NCBI GenBank assembly: GCA_002269645.1
Contig: NIVC01000558.1
Span: 472,261-536,260, forward strand
Length of the DNA stretch: 64,000 nt
Reading direction: 5' to 3'
Source of the DNA: Macrostomum lignano
Lineage: Eukaryota
Below are positions 21,087 to 38,195 of the stretch, piece after piece. Made by a program: the position numbers and the translations under genes. The notes below the pieces were generated by a model. It worked only from the letters and a program-made list of their open reading frames with translations, searched no databases and was not told the DNA's origin. Numbering within the stretch: position 1 is the first letter of the stretch; every line of letters starts with the position of its first letter.

Positions 21087-22123
21087 GTAGGCTACAATCC
21101 CGAATGTACACGTACTTCCGTTTTTTGTATTTAAACAAATTTACTGTAAAATAAGCTATTTTAATTTTAGGATGAAATACTATAGGCTTCGCCCCCCCTT
21201 CATGACTCAGTCTTTAAACATAACGAAAATATTCTGGTTTCTGATCATATCTCTTTACTGTTCAAAGCAACAGGCCGGGAGTTCAGATTTTTGCTGCTGA
21301 ACTCTCTGATTGCTGACGAAAGCAAGCCTGAGGAGGCTCTGGGAGGATACTGGGAAGATCCTCACAGCGTGCCCAGCGGCAGGCTTTAACTCAGAACTGA
21401 AGAAAAGGTATAAGGCTGTTGGCTAAGGTGAGGCACTTTATCTAAAATTTCAGAGGGACAGCGTCAGCATCTCAAAACCAGAGCCCGTTACCCCCTTCCC
21501 TCTCTTGAGCCCCTATTTCACAGTGCCTGCCAAGCAGTCCTTAGAGAAACGCGAATGTGAGCGTAAATTTGTCTTAAGAATCTCAAATCTAATGAAATTC
21601 TAACATCGGATGATGACGTGAGAAGTAAATAGTGTGGCAGGAAAAAGCAACAGAGAATGCAATGAAAAAATCTGCACCGCTTTTGCTAACGAAAGCAGCA
21701 GAAAAAGCAGACAGTTGAGACTGAAAAACTCTAACAATGAGACGCTGACGGATTAAAAAAAATTGCAAAATTCACGCAGAAATGCATTTGAACAATCCGA
21801 GCGCTGCACTGGGATTCTACGCGTGAAGGAGCAGCCACTGGCAGCAACCCAGCCTCCCAAAGGCATCGCACAGTAAACCGTTTTCTCTGTCGCTATGGCA
21901 ACACGACGCTGAATTCAGCGCAGACAGCAACAGAAAGACAACAAAGAAGACAACAAAGCTTCATCGGGAACGACTGGCTCGACTCTGCGCCCCGCGCTGC
22001 CATCGCAACGCCCGCCACCCCAAATGGGGAGTTGGGAAACTGCATAAAAGCCGCAGTCGTGCAGCAGGCGAGAGACACAAAAGCGACAAGCACATCCCAT
22101 CTCTGTAAGACTCTCCACAGACC

Positions 22124-23185
22124 ATGCAGACTTTGTCAATTCTGCCGCTGATTCTCTGCTGCTGCATCGCTTTCGGCCACTCGCTAAGCACTGAATTCGG
22201 CCTGTTAGGCTGCTTTGTGGACACCGCAACTCGAGATGTCAACGGTCTGGATGGCTGGTCCACCATCGGGCCCTACTCGGTGACGTGGAGCTCCGGGGGG
22301 ACCGTCACACTCAGCAGCATGACTGTGCAGCTTTGCAGCGAAATCTGCGCCTATGGAAAATTCCGCTACTTTGGCGTTCAGTTTTCAAGTTATTGTTTCT
22401 GCGGAAACTCATATGGCCGACACGGCAAGGCAGCTGACAGCCACTGCAACATGGCGTGCGCTGGCAACTCCGCCCAAATCTGTGGAGGGGCTGATCGAAA
22501 CTCCGTGTACCGGCAGATCTACTATCGTCAAGGTGAGCGTAGCGGAATCTACAATCGGCACTGTTCTAATTCAAAATGTACATGCACTTCTCCCATTGCA
22601 CTGGGCATAGCATCCATGGTTTAACACGCATTTAGACACAAATAAATCAATATTTTCCGGAGAGCTGCGGGCGCCCTGGTGAAACATCGTCCCACAACAA
22701 AGGTTTAGCTCGTAGTCCATTTTCAGCCCGTTCCGCTGAGTCCTGAGCTCGTACAAGAGCACTTATACTGTATGCAGGCACGCACACATGACACACGCTC
22801 ACTCAGGGCGCACAGCATGCCAACTTTTTGAAAAACAATATAACCTATGAATGCAGGTTTGGCATGTGATCAACAGACGTCGACATGTCGAACGAAGCAC
22901 TCGTGTTGGTCTCACCAGAGTAGCGACGCACTCGATATCTCTTTTGTCATTCCAGAAGGCGAATACTTCACTTTGGTTGACCGAGACTACGTGAACGTGA
23001 CCTCTACCAGCGGGCCCTTCTACCGCACCGAGCAGCCCGTCAGGAGTCTAGTTGAGTGCGTGTATCGCTGCGAAGCTGACTGCCAGGCCGTGCTGTTCCA
23101 CCTCGACGCCTGCCACCTGCTGAGATTCCCCGTTCTGCCGCACGAGCTGAAGACCGTGGCTGGGAAGTTCGCCATCCGTGTGTGA
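22124..23185 (+). CDS. Secreted WSC-domain + PAN/apple-like protein, 2 exons (22124-22532, 22857-23185)
   Basis: Signal peptide; WSC signature GCFVD...MTVQLCSEIC...YFGVQFSSYCFCG...CNMACAGNSAQICGG; phase-1 GTGAGC...TGCAG intron; SLVECVYRC...CQAVLF...C is PAN-like. Confidence 0.8.
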
Positions 23186-23862
23186 GGGACCGCTTGATTC
23201 GGAGCAAGGAGTCTCGGTTGCTGAAGCCTTCTGTGATTGCTGCAACTCTCTGATTGCTGAAACTCGAATCATGGTTAATACGCACTCTACTCGTACGCTC
23301 GTACTCTAGATAAGTCCCCTGGGTTCAAATAAAATGAAAATTTTCACTGCCGAAAAGAACAAATTTTAGCGGCTTTGTGTGCATTACATTTTTGCCAAAT
23401 GAACTCCCTGTTTTTTTATTTTGATCCGTTGAAGCAGTTGCAGCATCAACAATTCCTGTAGCAACCAAACCATATCGACTCTAGCATTTATCAGCCACAA
23501 CAACAGCAAATTAAATTCATAGGCCGCTCAATTCATGGAATGCGGTTTCAGCTCTTGCGATTCACATATTAACGCCAATTCAAGAGGTGCTATTTTGATT
23601 TTCACCCAGCGCAACATATAAGCTGTGTGCATCTGACGTTTCTCTGCATCGGATTACTTTTCTGCCTCCATAAGGCGCTCTAGCATCTCAGAGGTTGCGG
23701 AATAACGGAAAGTTATTTTTTAATTTTACATCATTTTCCATATGTTTTCCTCGTGTAATACTCAGTTCATTTTTTTCTTTCAATTTCTCAGCTAAATTGT
23801 GCAGCTAATGTCTAGTCCTTAAGTCCTTAGTCCTTAAGTTCTTAGAAACTCGTATATATGAA

Positions 23863-24106
23863 GGGGTTGCAGCCTAGTGGTTAGAGCGTCGGACTCACGA
23901 CTTGAAGGTCGGGGGTTCGATTCTCGACCCACTCGGAGCAATTAGTGTCCGTATGCAAGGCACTAAACTCTGCAATGCTTCAGTTTACCCAGCTGTAAAA
24001 TGGGTGCCAGCATTAGCTGGGGTAATTGAGCGTGTGTGTGGCGACCACCCCCCCCCCCAGTTCTTGGACTGAACAGCCGTACGCAGCCTTCAGATGCGCC
24101 GCACAA
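23863..24106 (+). mobile_element. tRNA-derived CORE-type SINE
   Basis: A-box TAGTGGTTAGAGC, B-box GGTTCGATTC, CORE-like CAGTTTACCCAGCTGTAAAATGGG; three copies in the window. Confidence 0.75.
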
Positions 24107-26940
24107 TTGCTGCGGCTGAGCTGTCGGTTGCACATCTACCCATTAATAGGGCATTATTTTTATCCGTATGTAGAAAATTTTACTATAACTTTACTTGAAA
24201 AATTATTCTTCGTTGAAAACGGTCCCAATCTTCTGGGTGTTATACGTAAGTGCTTAATAAATTCTTATGAGTGTTTAACCAGCTAAGGTCTCATTCATAC
24301 TGTGTCTGAGCGTCAGTCCTAGTGTGTTTGACATCTATTTTATCGTTCCAGTGCTGTATAGTATCCTTCTAAATTGGGGCAACGACTCAAAAAGGTTTGG
24401 CTTTCAACGTTGTTTCAAGCAAAAAAGCACAAACCCGTGACGCAATCGGACAGGCGTCGATCGAATTCCTGAAAAATCTCGGTCGCCATGCACCGTCGGG
24501 CGTCGCCGCCACGCACGTGATGGCACAGGGTTGCTAGGCGGGCGGCGCCGCTCCCTGACCACGGATTGAAGCTGGACAATGGGGATGAGCTGCTGGCGGA
24601 TAACGTTTCCCTCATGTTCCCCCGCGGAAACTGCGATTGGTGGGCTGTTTGAGACCGGCTACTCAACGCTTGAGCTCGACCGATCTGCTCAAGCATCAGC
24701 GGCGTGAGCGGCTGCGTTTCAAATCCTGACTGGTCGGCAGAGACGTCGAACAAATTGAAATTGTCGTCCAAAAGACTGCGAGTTTCAGCTGAATCGATCA
24801 TTCGGGAGGTATTAAGCAATGTCAAATATTAAAAGACTAATTGTTGAAATTCAGCAAACTCTTTGCCAGAACTTGACACCACCACCGATACGGTAGATAA
24901 ATTCAGTCAAACTGTTCTGCTTCTGAGTAGTCCCTGAGTCTTGCTTTGAATTGAAGCTTTATAGCCTTTTTCAAGAAGTCCACATCACGGATGGAATATT
25001 AATTTCGTCACTGCTAGCTAATCAATTGAAAATTCCGTTTGTTTTGCTTAATTTCTCAAGGGACAGCTGCCATTTAAAATCACGGTCCTGAATGTTTAAA
25101 TAGGAAAGTGCAAATTGATGAACTTTAAAACTTTGATTTCATGTGGTGATTTTTAATATTTTCAGATAAATATGAAAAATAGAAAACACAAGAAAAATTT
25201 AGAAAGTTCGAGAGAAGAGACAGGGAGATGTTCTCTTGGGAGTTAGGAGAGTTAGATACAAAAGAGACAGTCGACGGGAGGCAAGAGCCGTCCATTCTGA
25301 CAACCCCTGAAGATCCACCTGGAGAAATATTTACCAAGGGGTCATATTGCAACGAACTCTACAGTACAGAGACTACTACAGTACTTAAGACAGACTCGTC
25401 TGACCAGCTGTCTGCCGACGCACTGAAGCGTGCCCAGACTGTTTTTAGTGACCCCATTCTGATTCTAATTTTAAGCTCTGCCAGGTACAACGCTGTCCGA
25501 CTTTCTACCGGTGAGTAGATCAGTCTGTTCAAGCAGCCGTTGTCTTCTCTAGTTGCTATGGAAGGGTCTCGCGAGCATCGGTCACCAGCATGAGAACGCA
25601 ATTATTATCTTCATGAGTTGTTGTAACCAACTGACACGTCGCCCCCAGCTTTTGTATCTGACGGAAGTCACCTTATGATACGTACAAAAACAAACTGGAC
25701 GACTTTTCCACCTTTACTTTTCTCAAAGGAGCTCCTGCAGCTTCGTTGTTTGTGATTCTTGGGTAGTCATAATCTACCGTAGGTAGAAATTCTTTCCCAG
25801 AGTGAGATTAGTTAGAAAAAATCAACTTTACATAGCAGCAGCTCTGTTGCAGTTGTTACATCTATTTGGTTGGTACGGAAAGCGTTTGGTTTGCTCATCT
25901 CTGAGGATCGACCGAAGGTTTGATTTTGAGATGCGTACCCTAGAAGACATTGACTTGTTGATTCTTAGCAGATCTTGTCTATCTTCTTGGGTTGCTGCGC
26001 AAGTACTTGCAAGAACGTGCAAGATCTTCGCTATAATAATAATTAGGTAAACTTACCAGATCTGGGCGACTTGCTACATCGTACAAGATCTTAGCTTTTA
26101 TATCTTTTTATAGCTTTGAATCGCATATTTTCTTAAATTTATTGTCCCTTTTTGTCATAAAATAAATATAGTTCAGCTAGAACACTTTAGCCAAATGAAT
26201 AACAAAATGTATTTCCCATCTTAGAAGATCCTGAAAAAAACGAGCAGATTGAGAAGATCTGCTCAGAATGGCACAGAGACAAGATCTGCTAAGTTTGAGA
26301 ATCAGAATGTCCTCTAGGGTACTAACAGTAGAATGAATGCAATTTACAAGCTATTAGCTATTAAGGGCTTTTAAGCTGCCAAAATTGGCATTCTTATCAA
26401 GGCTGTACCATCAATAAGTTTCACACAATCTGGCCACATAAGGCCGCAAAGTCACAAGCCGTAATTGCATGCAGGAATCGAACCCCTAATGCGTACAGAT
26501 ATGTAATGTAGACATTACATAATCATATGCACGTTAATATGTAATTTATGCAGAATATAAGAATCCACAGTAGTACGCACAGATACTATAAAGATTTTAT
26601 TTATTTCGATTGTAATTGCATCTTTTGTACAGTTTAGTCAGTCATTGTCCTAGCTTCCATGGATCATAATTATAAGCAAAATTATGTCAAGACCATATGG
26701 ATCGCTGAGACGATCTGCAAATCCAATCAGCATGTTCAAAACAACAAGTTTTTTAAAAGTCAAGTTAAGTAAAATCAAGTCAAGTGTGTTAAAACTGACT
26801 GTCAACTCGCTCCTGCTCGAGATGCTCATCGAAGAAATTTATTCCTGTTGTGCTGTAAGTTATGAATAAGATTTTTAGTGCCAGAATTAAATTCACGAGA
26901 TCAGTTTAACTTGGCCTTGGTGACTTACTAACGCAGCAGC

Positions 26941-27545
26941 TCAGCCAGTTGGCTCTTCCCTTTCTCTGCGGCCCAGTCTCGAAGTTTTGTCTTTCCCGCG
27001 TCTTACGGCACTCCAGTCCGACCCTGCGTCCAGCAGAACTCGATCAACTGCTGCTGTGGCGGCGTCTGGCGCCTCAACGGCTACCCACAACAACGGTGTA
27101 GCTGGCGTTCGATGTAGCTGGCCAGCACTGAGTGGTCGTTGAGCCTTCGCCGGGTCCAACGCTGTCCGACCCACGAGGTTCTTCATTTCAAGCAGCCGTT
27201 TCCTTTTTGAGCTGCGGAGCTTTCTGCACTCGTTGAACCTCCCCTGCCTGAGCATCTCCAGCTGTCAGTCCGCGCCGCCTCCATCAGCCGAGTGGGGCCC
27301 CGTTGGTTCTGCAGCCACTTGGCTTCAAAAGGCAGCTGCGCCAGAAGCCGCAGGTGGTCTCGCCGAGCTGCCAGGTGCGCCGCCGTGTCACCCGCGCCGT
27401 CTTGTTCGTGGGCATTCGCGCCTAACTCAAACAAGTACAGAATGCACTTTTCAGACAGAACGGATGTCCTGGAAGCGTCAGCCACCAGCATGAGGACGGT
27501 GTGATGATCTTCATCAGTCTTTGCGACCTGAATTGCCGAAGTCAC
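26941..27545 (-). CDS. Ankyrin-repeat protein fragment (one -1 frameshift; 5' end not seen)
   Basis: LFELGANAHEQDGAGDTAAHLAA, GPTRLMEAAR, NLVGRTALD and TPLLWVAV ankyrin motifs across ORFs 27183-27545 and 26941-27255. Confidence 0.6.
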
Positions 27546-27873
27546 CTTGAATTACTGACTGAGAAATTTTCTGAAGCTGATGTGTTCAGACAGGAATGAT
27601 AGTTCGATGAGTTCAATGTAGCTCAAATCAAAAAGCAATGTCAGTTGGAATTTATTTTACCATACCTCCAAATTGCACGAAGCGCAAAAAGAGACATTTA
27701 GTTTGAGTAAAGAGCCTCAAGTCGTTTTAGCTAAGCGAAAGAAGGAAGCTGACTCAGTGCTTGAGAATTTCTTTAAGAGTTTTTCTCTGCCCATTTTTAT
27801 GTTATTTATACGAGTGAGGGCATGGTGCTTCTTTTAGACTCACTTGTACAACTTGTACACTTAACAGTAGAAG

Positions 27874-28999
27874 GACCATGGGGGTGTATTTCAAATACAC
27901 ACATTTTTCTTTTGTCTGGATCTCCGAAAATATTCAACCAATTGCCATCAAAATCCAGAACACAGGCTAAAATTTTCCGCTCTATTCGATGAAGCAACTC
28001 CGAGAATCACGAAAAACCGGCATCGTCAAGATATTCAACGATTCTCCTCGGGGTGTCCGGTGGGAAAAACCACCAACATTGGCAAATTTTTTCTGTTCAC
28101 AAAATCTCATCATGAAACCACGTCGGCTCAGGAAACTATGCATACCAGTCCTAAAGGCCTTTCTTCTTAGCATCCCAGGAACCAGGGTCCCCTTCATCAC
28201 CGTCTGGAGCATCGGCAGCGACCGTCGGGACCTTCAACAAAAGCACCCGATCGGCATCGCAGAGACGGCTGCGTTCCCAAAACTGAAATGGAAGAATCCT
28301 CTTCTGCATGCAGCATTCGTTCAGTAGACATAATCGGTGAATGAAATGGAGGAGGCGACCCTCTAGGTTGACCTGTAGACATACAAGCGACCTTCGGGAC
28401 CTTCAACGGAGTGCCACCACGCGGCCCCGACTAGCTGGCACCCCCAACATCGTGATTTTTCTGTCAAGGCACCAAACCAGGCATGTTGGGGTTCCAGCTA
28501 GTCGGGGCCGTGTGGTGGCACTCCGTTGAAGGTCCCGAAGGTCGCTTGTATGTCTACAGGTCAACCTAGAGGGTCGCCGTCGTCCATTTCATTCACCGAT
28601 TATGTCTACTGACTGAATGCTGCATGCGATGCCGATCGGGTGCTTTTGTTGAAGGTCCCGAGGGTCGCCGCCGATGCTCCAGACGGTGATGAAGGGGACC
28701 CTGGTTCCTGGGATGCTGAGAAGAAAGGCCTCTCCGACAGATGGATCCAGATTATTGAGCCAATATGGATTCACCATAAAGGTTTATACAGTGTAGTGTT
28801 GGTTGTCCTTGCCACCAGTGTCTTCGACAAGAATCGTTGAATATCTCTACGATGCTGATGTCGGTTGACTTTGAAAGTTTATTCGTTGGAAAGAGGGGGA
28901 AATTTTGATCCAAATAGTGGACTTTTACGAAAATCGGTTATTCGGTTTGCGAGCTATGGTGAAATTGGTTGGGTGTATTTGTAATACACCCCCATGGTC
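27874..28999. mobile_element. Foldback element (~1.1 kb) with 27-bp TIRs and a long internal palindrome
   Basis: GACCATGGGGGTGTATTTCAAATACAC at 27874 and its inverse (1 mismatch) at 28973-28999; arms ~28155-28450 and ~28483-28731 are near-perfect reverse complements. Confidence 0.8.
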
Positions 29000-29375
29000 T
29001 TTCCCCCAGGAAAGAGGTTTGCAAAAATGACCTAATAAACTAGACTAGGCTTTGATAAACTACATTAAACTGCATATTATACAGAGAATGTAGAAATAGT
29101 TTAAAGTGCGAGTCTTATAAGTGACAATATATATAATGTTAATACTTCACTGCCATGTACCACTTTAGCCTTATCTAACAAATTTAATAGATTGACAATA
29201 GTAACCAATAGTAACCAATGCCCAATAAGAATACAAGGGGTCGCTTCCACAAACCCTGAATTTCACATTTTCGCAAGACACAAACTTCACAAGCTCTAAA
29301 TTTCATAAACCTTAACTTTCACAACGCCTAAAAGCACTATGGAGATATAATATTTTAGAGCTTGTAAGATTCTGT

Positions 29376-29618
29376 AAACTACTGTAAACTACTGTAAGCT
29401 ACTGTAAACTACTGTAAACTACTGTAAACTACTGTAAACTAATGTAAACTACTGTAAACTACTGTAAGCTACTGTAAACTACTGTAAACTACTGTAAGCT
29501 ACTGTAAACTACTGTAAACTACTGTAAACTACTGTAAACTACTGTAAACTACTGTAAACTACTGTAAACTACTGTAAACTACTGTAAACTACTGTAAACT
29601 ACTGTAAACTACTGTAAA
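29376..29618 (+). repeat. 10-bp minisatellite (ACTGTAAACT)n
   Basis: About 24 tandem units. Confidence 0.95.
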
Positions 29619-29689
29619 ATACTATTAATATAAACGAGAGACGAAATGGCGCTTGGGTTTGAAACAAAACACTGCCCGTTCTGGCGCCC

Positions 29690-29930
29690 ATTCTGCTGGT
29701 GACGGCGCCCATTCTGCTGGTGACGGCGCCCATTCTGCTGGTGACGGCGCCCATTCTGCTGGTGAAGGCGCCCATTCTTCTGGTGACGGCGCCCATTCTG
29801 CTGGTGATGGCGCCCATTCTGCTGGTGACGGCGCCCATTCTGCTGGTGACGGCGCCCATTCTGCTGGTGACGGCGCCCATTCTGCTGGCTACGGCACCCA
29901 TTCTGCTGGTAACGGCGCCCATTCTGCAGG
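29690..29930 (+). repeat. 21-bp minisatellite (TGCTGGTGACGGCGCCCATTC)n
   Basis: About 11 tandem units. Confidence 0.95.
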
Positions 29931-30256
29931 AAATCGCAAGGCAGATGGAAATCAAGAAAAATCAGCCAGGTCTAATATCAATAATTAGCACTGTTCTGAT
30001 GAAGAGAGTCCAGTCAGAGGCTACTGACTGCTCAGTGCTGCAGAATGAGGACCCAACAGAGATTCTGGAGCAATCGTTTCCGACATCACTGGCAGAGATG
30101 CTGGACAAAGTGGTGCGTATATTGCCGCAGTGATTGTTCAATGATTGGAGGTGCTCGGACCTCTCAGTGCTGTAACTGCCCCAATCACAAGTGCAAGCTT
30201 ATTTATAGTCACACTTATTTTCTGCCAAGTTGTTCTTGAAAATGATTGCTAAAATA

Positions 30257-30858
30257 CACTCAGCAACAGTCAAAACCGCCACCCTACCGAGAGAGGCGAC
30301 TTCTCTCTCACCTCAACTGCAAGTGACGTAACTTGCGCCACGGCGTGGCTAAAGCTGGGTGAGAGTCGGATGATCTGGGCACTCAAGCTGTTGCCCCATC
30401 TGCTTCTTTCACCCCACATTAGACAGAGCAGGGTGGCTGGCGCGGTCGGAGTTCGCCTGACAATCCGCAGCAGACGTCGATTTGCCCTGGCTGTTTAGCC
30501 ACGGAGATCATGGCGCTGGCTGCCTATGGCTGCGTGCTGAACGCTACCAGTCTCTTGGGACTTCGTTAACAGCGCTCGAATTGTTAAACCTGATCGGCCA
30601 AATTGGCGAGCAACTGCGCTGATGAATGCACCAGCTTATAGCATGCCAACAGCGCGCCATCGTCCAGCGTCTGTCATATGCCTGACCATTGTCACGTGTA
30701 CTGTTGCACCCCAACCCAGTCCCTTTTGTACTCTCACCCTGGAATTCACTCTCACCCAGCTTTAGCCACGCCCGTGGCGCAAGTTACGTCACCTGCAGTT
30801 GAGGTGAGAGAGAAGTCGCCTCTCTCGGTAAGGTGGCGGTTTTGACTGCTGCTGAGTG
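30257..30858. mobile_element. TA-flanked MITE (Tc1/mariner-type) with ~110-bp TIRs
   Basis: TA|CACTCAGC...GCTGAGTG|TA; 30257-30366 is the near-perfect inverse of 30748-30858. Confidence 0.7.
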
Positions 30859-30862
30859 TATG

Positions 30863-31191
30863 CAGCGGCGTCGCCATGGATTTTATGGTGGGGGACAAAG
30901 CCAAGAATTGTACATGTACATGTACGTGACTATACATTTCTACATTATTTTCAGAATCGATCGGCTGTTGACTGCAGCACAGCTCATTGTAGCGCCGCAC
31001 GGCCGCAGGCACTCATTTTGCCAGGCGCTGGCGCAGGCGCTATGTTTCGTCGCCCTGCAGCAAAATTATAGATTTCCATACTTCCATATAGCGCGGGTCA
31101 CAAACAAAAGGTGGGGGGGGACAAAGCATTGACATTCATGGCTCCCCATATCTACTGTGGGGAAATGTCCCCACCCCCGATGACGCCCCTG
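30863..31191 (+). mobile_element. MITE family X copy with about 1 internal unit
   Basis: CAGCGGCGTCGCCATGGATTTTATGGTGGGGGACAAAGCCAAGAA...GATGACGCCCCTG; a single CGCAGGCACTCATTTT unit. Confidence 0.65.
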
Positions 31192-32009
31192 TGCATGTAC
31201 CGTGTAAACTCGTACCAGTTAGATTGTGAAGGGAAGGGATGGTTAACTCACTCACCCCACTTAACTTGCACAACCTGCATGTTCTGTCTATATAAGCATG
31301 CATTTACATGTGTACATGTACATGTACCATTAATTGATGTCTCGTCCTTTTCAATTTTCCATTTTCGATGATAATGTCAGCCTCGCTAATGCTATTAATA
31401 TTTTTAAAACTACATACTGAACGCGTATTATATTGTACAAGTCTACATGTACATGCTCATCACTTGGTGCAACCCTTGCTACATCATTTCAGTTCAAATG
31501 TGACAATGGATTTTAGTAAAATTATTCGACATTAAATAACTAACTAATTAGCAAACTAAAACAAAAATAACCCAGAAGGAAAAAGTTAACTATAAGAATG
31601 CAAAAAAGCAAGAAATACATCATATCCGTATATTTCTATAAAAGAAATAAATTGCCAGGACCTGTGAAGCTACCACGCTCACAAAGCGTACATGTACACT
31701 GCACACACACAACATTTACATGTGCATGTACTGCATGTATAGCTTGATAAGGTTGCCAGGGCCTTTCACCGGAACCAATTAGAGATGCAGTGTTTCTACG
31801 AGTATATATCATTGTGTATATTATTTCGGAGTTATGTTTCGAAAATTATGAACAACCTTGGTTCCTTATTGAAATATTTATATTGTGTAAAGTTTAATCT
31901 ATGTATAACTTTGGTATTGGTTTCATTTTACACGTGGAAAGCATCGTGAAACTCATAAAAATCGATTGCTCAAACTAACACTATGCAGTCTATTCGAATT
32001 GAGTTAAAA

Positions 32010-35930
<3,921 letters not shown>

Positions 35931-36367
35931 CCGGTGTGGGCACAGCGCCGTGCATGTCGAATATGAGAGGGCAAGATCTATTTATAAAAATAACCAAAGC
36001 TTGAAGTTGTCTGTTGATAGCTCGTATCGAACGCTTCAAATCCCTACGTTGGTGAATGGTGTGTTTCCGGGATGTATTTTTACCATAGACATAAATCTCA
36101 GGGTTAGATTCAGGTTAGGGTCAGGTGACGCATTGTTAAAAACAATTCAGTTTGTTCCAATCGCAACTAAAAGGGAGTCACTATGTAGCGTACCTAAAAT
36201 CAATTGTTAATAACGACGGAGCAGTTATTGAAGTTAAAATTCTCGGAGATTCTGTATGGCTCATCTCCTAGCATTAGGCGATTCTTTGTATGTAATCAAA
36301 TTGGCGCAGTATCGTGCACAGATTTTAAAACACTAGACATTTCACTCCGCATTGAGTTAAGACCTAT

Positions 36368-36712
36368 TTGTTTATTCGATTGCCTATTTTTTTATTTGAT
36401 TGTCCTTTTTGTTTATTCGATTGCCTATTTTTTATTTGATTGCCTTTTTGTTTATCTGATTGCCCTTTTTGTTTATTCGATTGCCCTTTTTGTTTATTCG
36501 ATTGCCTTTTTTGCTTATTCGATTGCCTTTTTTGTTTATTCGATTGCCTATTTTTTTATTTGATTGCCCTTTTTGTTTTTTCGATTGCCCTTTTTGCTTA
36601 TTCGATTGCCTATTTTTTTATCTGATTGCCCTTTTTGTTTATCTGATTGCCCTTTTTGTTTATCTGATTGCCCTTTTTGCTTATTCGACTGCCCTTTTTG
36701 TTTATCCAAATG
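36368..36712 (+). repeat. 21-bp minisatellite (GATTGCCCTTTTTGTTTATCT)n; second array at ~42732-43170
   Basis: The same unit occurs on both sides of the ankyrin-kinase gene. Confidence 0.9.
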
Positions 36713-37189
36713 CTCTTATTGTGATAAATATTCATTGAAATTATTATTGTTTAAGATTGCATAAACATTGCAATAAATTTTACAATTTTAATACTAATAT
36801 AGTATATCATTTTTAGTATGTAACAGGTCGTTTTGTCGGTAGTCTCTGAAGGCCTCTCACGCCAACTACCTTACACGCCTGCTACCCCTCTGCCACGACA
36901 GACAGAAGCTTCGAAGAACTGAGACAAGTCCTTTTCTTATGTTTGAGCTCAAACTCTACTCAACTCGGCAGTGAAGAGCCTCGGCTCTTTCAATTGCATT
37001 GTATTTATAATGCTCGGCATTGTGCTCGGGGGCAGCGTTGGGGTGGTGGCGTGATATTTTTCCGCCCCACCCATCTTATTTTCTTTTTTGCAGTTAGCTA
37101 GTTAGATAAATTAACACAGAGAGGGCATGCATGGTCTAACAGGCCAATGGGTGGGTCTAACATTAAATATCTATGATTAATTTGTAATA

Positions 37190-37582
37190 TCTAGATACTG
37201 GTGTCACCTGTTAGATACTGATGTCACCTGTTAGATACTGGTGTCACCTGTTAGATACTGGTGTCACCTGTTAGATACTGGTGTCACCTGTTAGATACTG
37301 ATGTCACCTGTTAGATACTGGTGTCACCTGTTAGATACTGGTGTCACCTGTTAGATACTGATGTCACCTGTTAGATACTGGTGTCACCTGTTAGATACTG
37401 ATGTCACCTGTTAGATACTGGTGTCACCTTTTAGATACTGATGTCACCTGTTACATACTGATGTCGCCTGTTAGATACTGGGTCACCTGTTAGATACTGG
37501 TGTCACCTGTTAGATACTGATGTCACCTGTTAGATACTGATGTCACCTATTAGATACCCATGTCACCTGTTAGATACTGATG
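37190..37582 (+). repeat. 20-bp minisatellite (TTAGATACTGGTGTCACCTG)n
   Basis: About 19 units; related to the 44748 array. Confidence 0.95.
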
Positions 37583-38195
37583 TAAAGTGTCACTGGCAAA
37601 CCCAGCCGACCATTCTCCATCTGTTTCGAGCTCAGCAACACAAAATCCTCAGTTATAAGCTTTTTTTCTGCAAAATATTTGCCATAAAATTGCTAACTAA
37701 ATTGGAAATCTTCAGAGAGCTCCGCTTGGTTTCCAGGCCTCAGCCCTGCCCTCCCTCCCCTCTCCATCTCTCTCCCCTCGTGTCTCAGCTGCCGCCCCTT
37801 CACCCCTGCCCACTGACAATGCACTTGCTATGCCGAGCACGCAGCCACAGTCAGCTCTCATTGTTTAACTCAGCAGAGCTCGCAGCATCTCACTGCTCCT
37901 GCATCTCTCACCCCGCTGAGCAGAGCAGCTGCCGGGCCCCCTGGCACCCAATCAGGCCTCAAACACAGCCGCTGGGTCAGAGAAGAGAATCGGGCTCAGT
38001 CCATTTAAACAAATTTCTCTGCACAGGGAGAGCTCAGAGATTTCAGTCCGTGACAGCTGGAGTTTTGCTGCTGCTGCTGGGCTGGCAGGCAAATTCGCTT
38101 GAAGAAGAGCAAAGCACTCAGTTTGAAGCCGTGTGGAACAGCTGCGGCAGACAGCAGATCGGCAGAGAAGCGCTGCTAGGAGAAGCTGTGTAGCC

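Noticed and set aside
23863-23935. A genuine tRNA gene
   Set aside because: The anticodon stem pairs poorly, there is no acceptor-stem closure, and it continues into a CORE-like SINE body found in three copies.
24415-26050. Short ORFs (24415-24825, 25228-25518, 25802-26050) as genes
   Set aside because: No recognisable domain or consistent exon chain; possibly decayed retroelement sequence.
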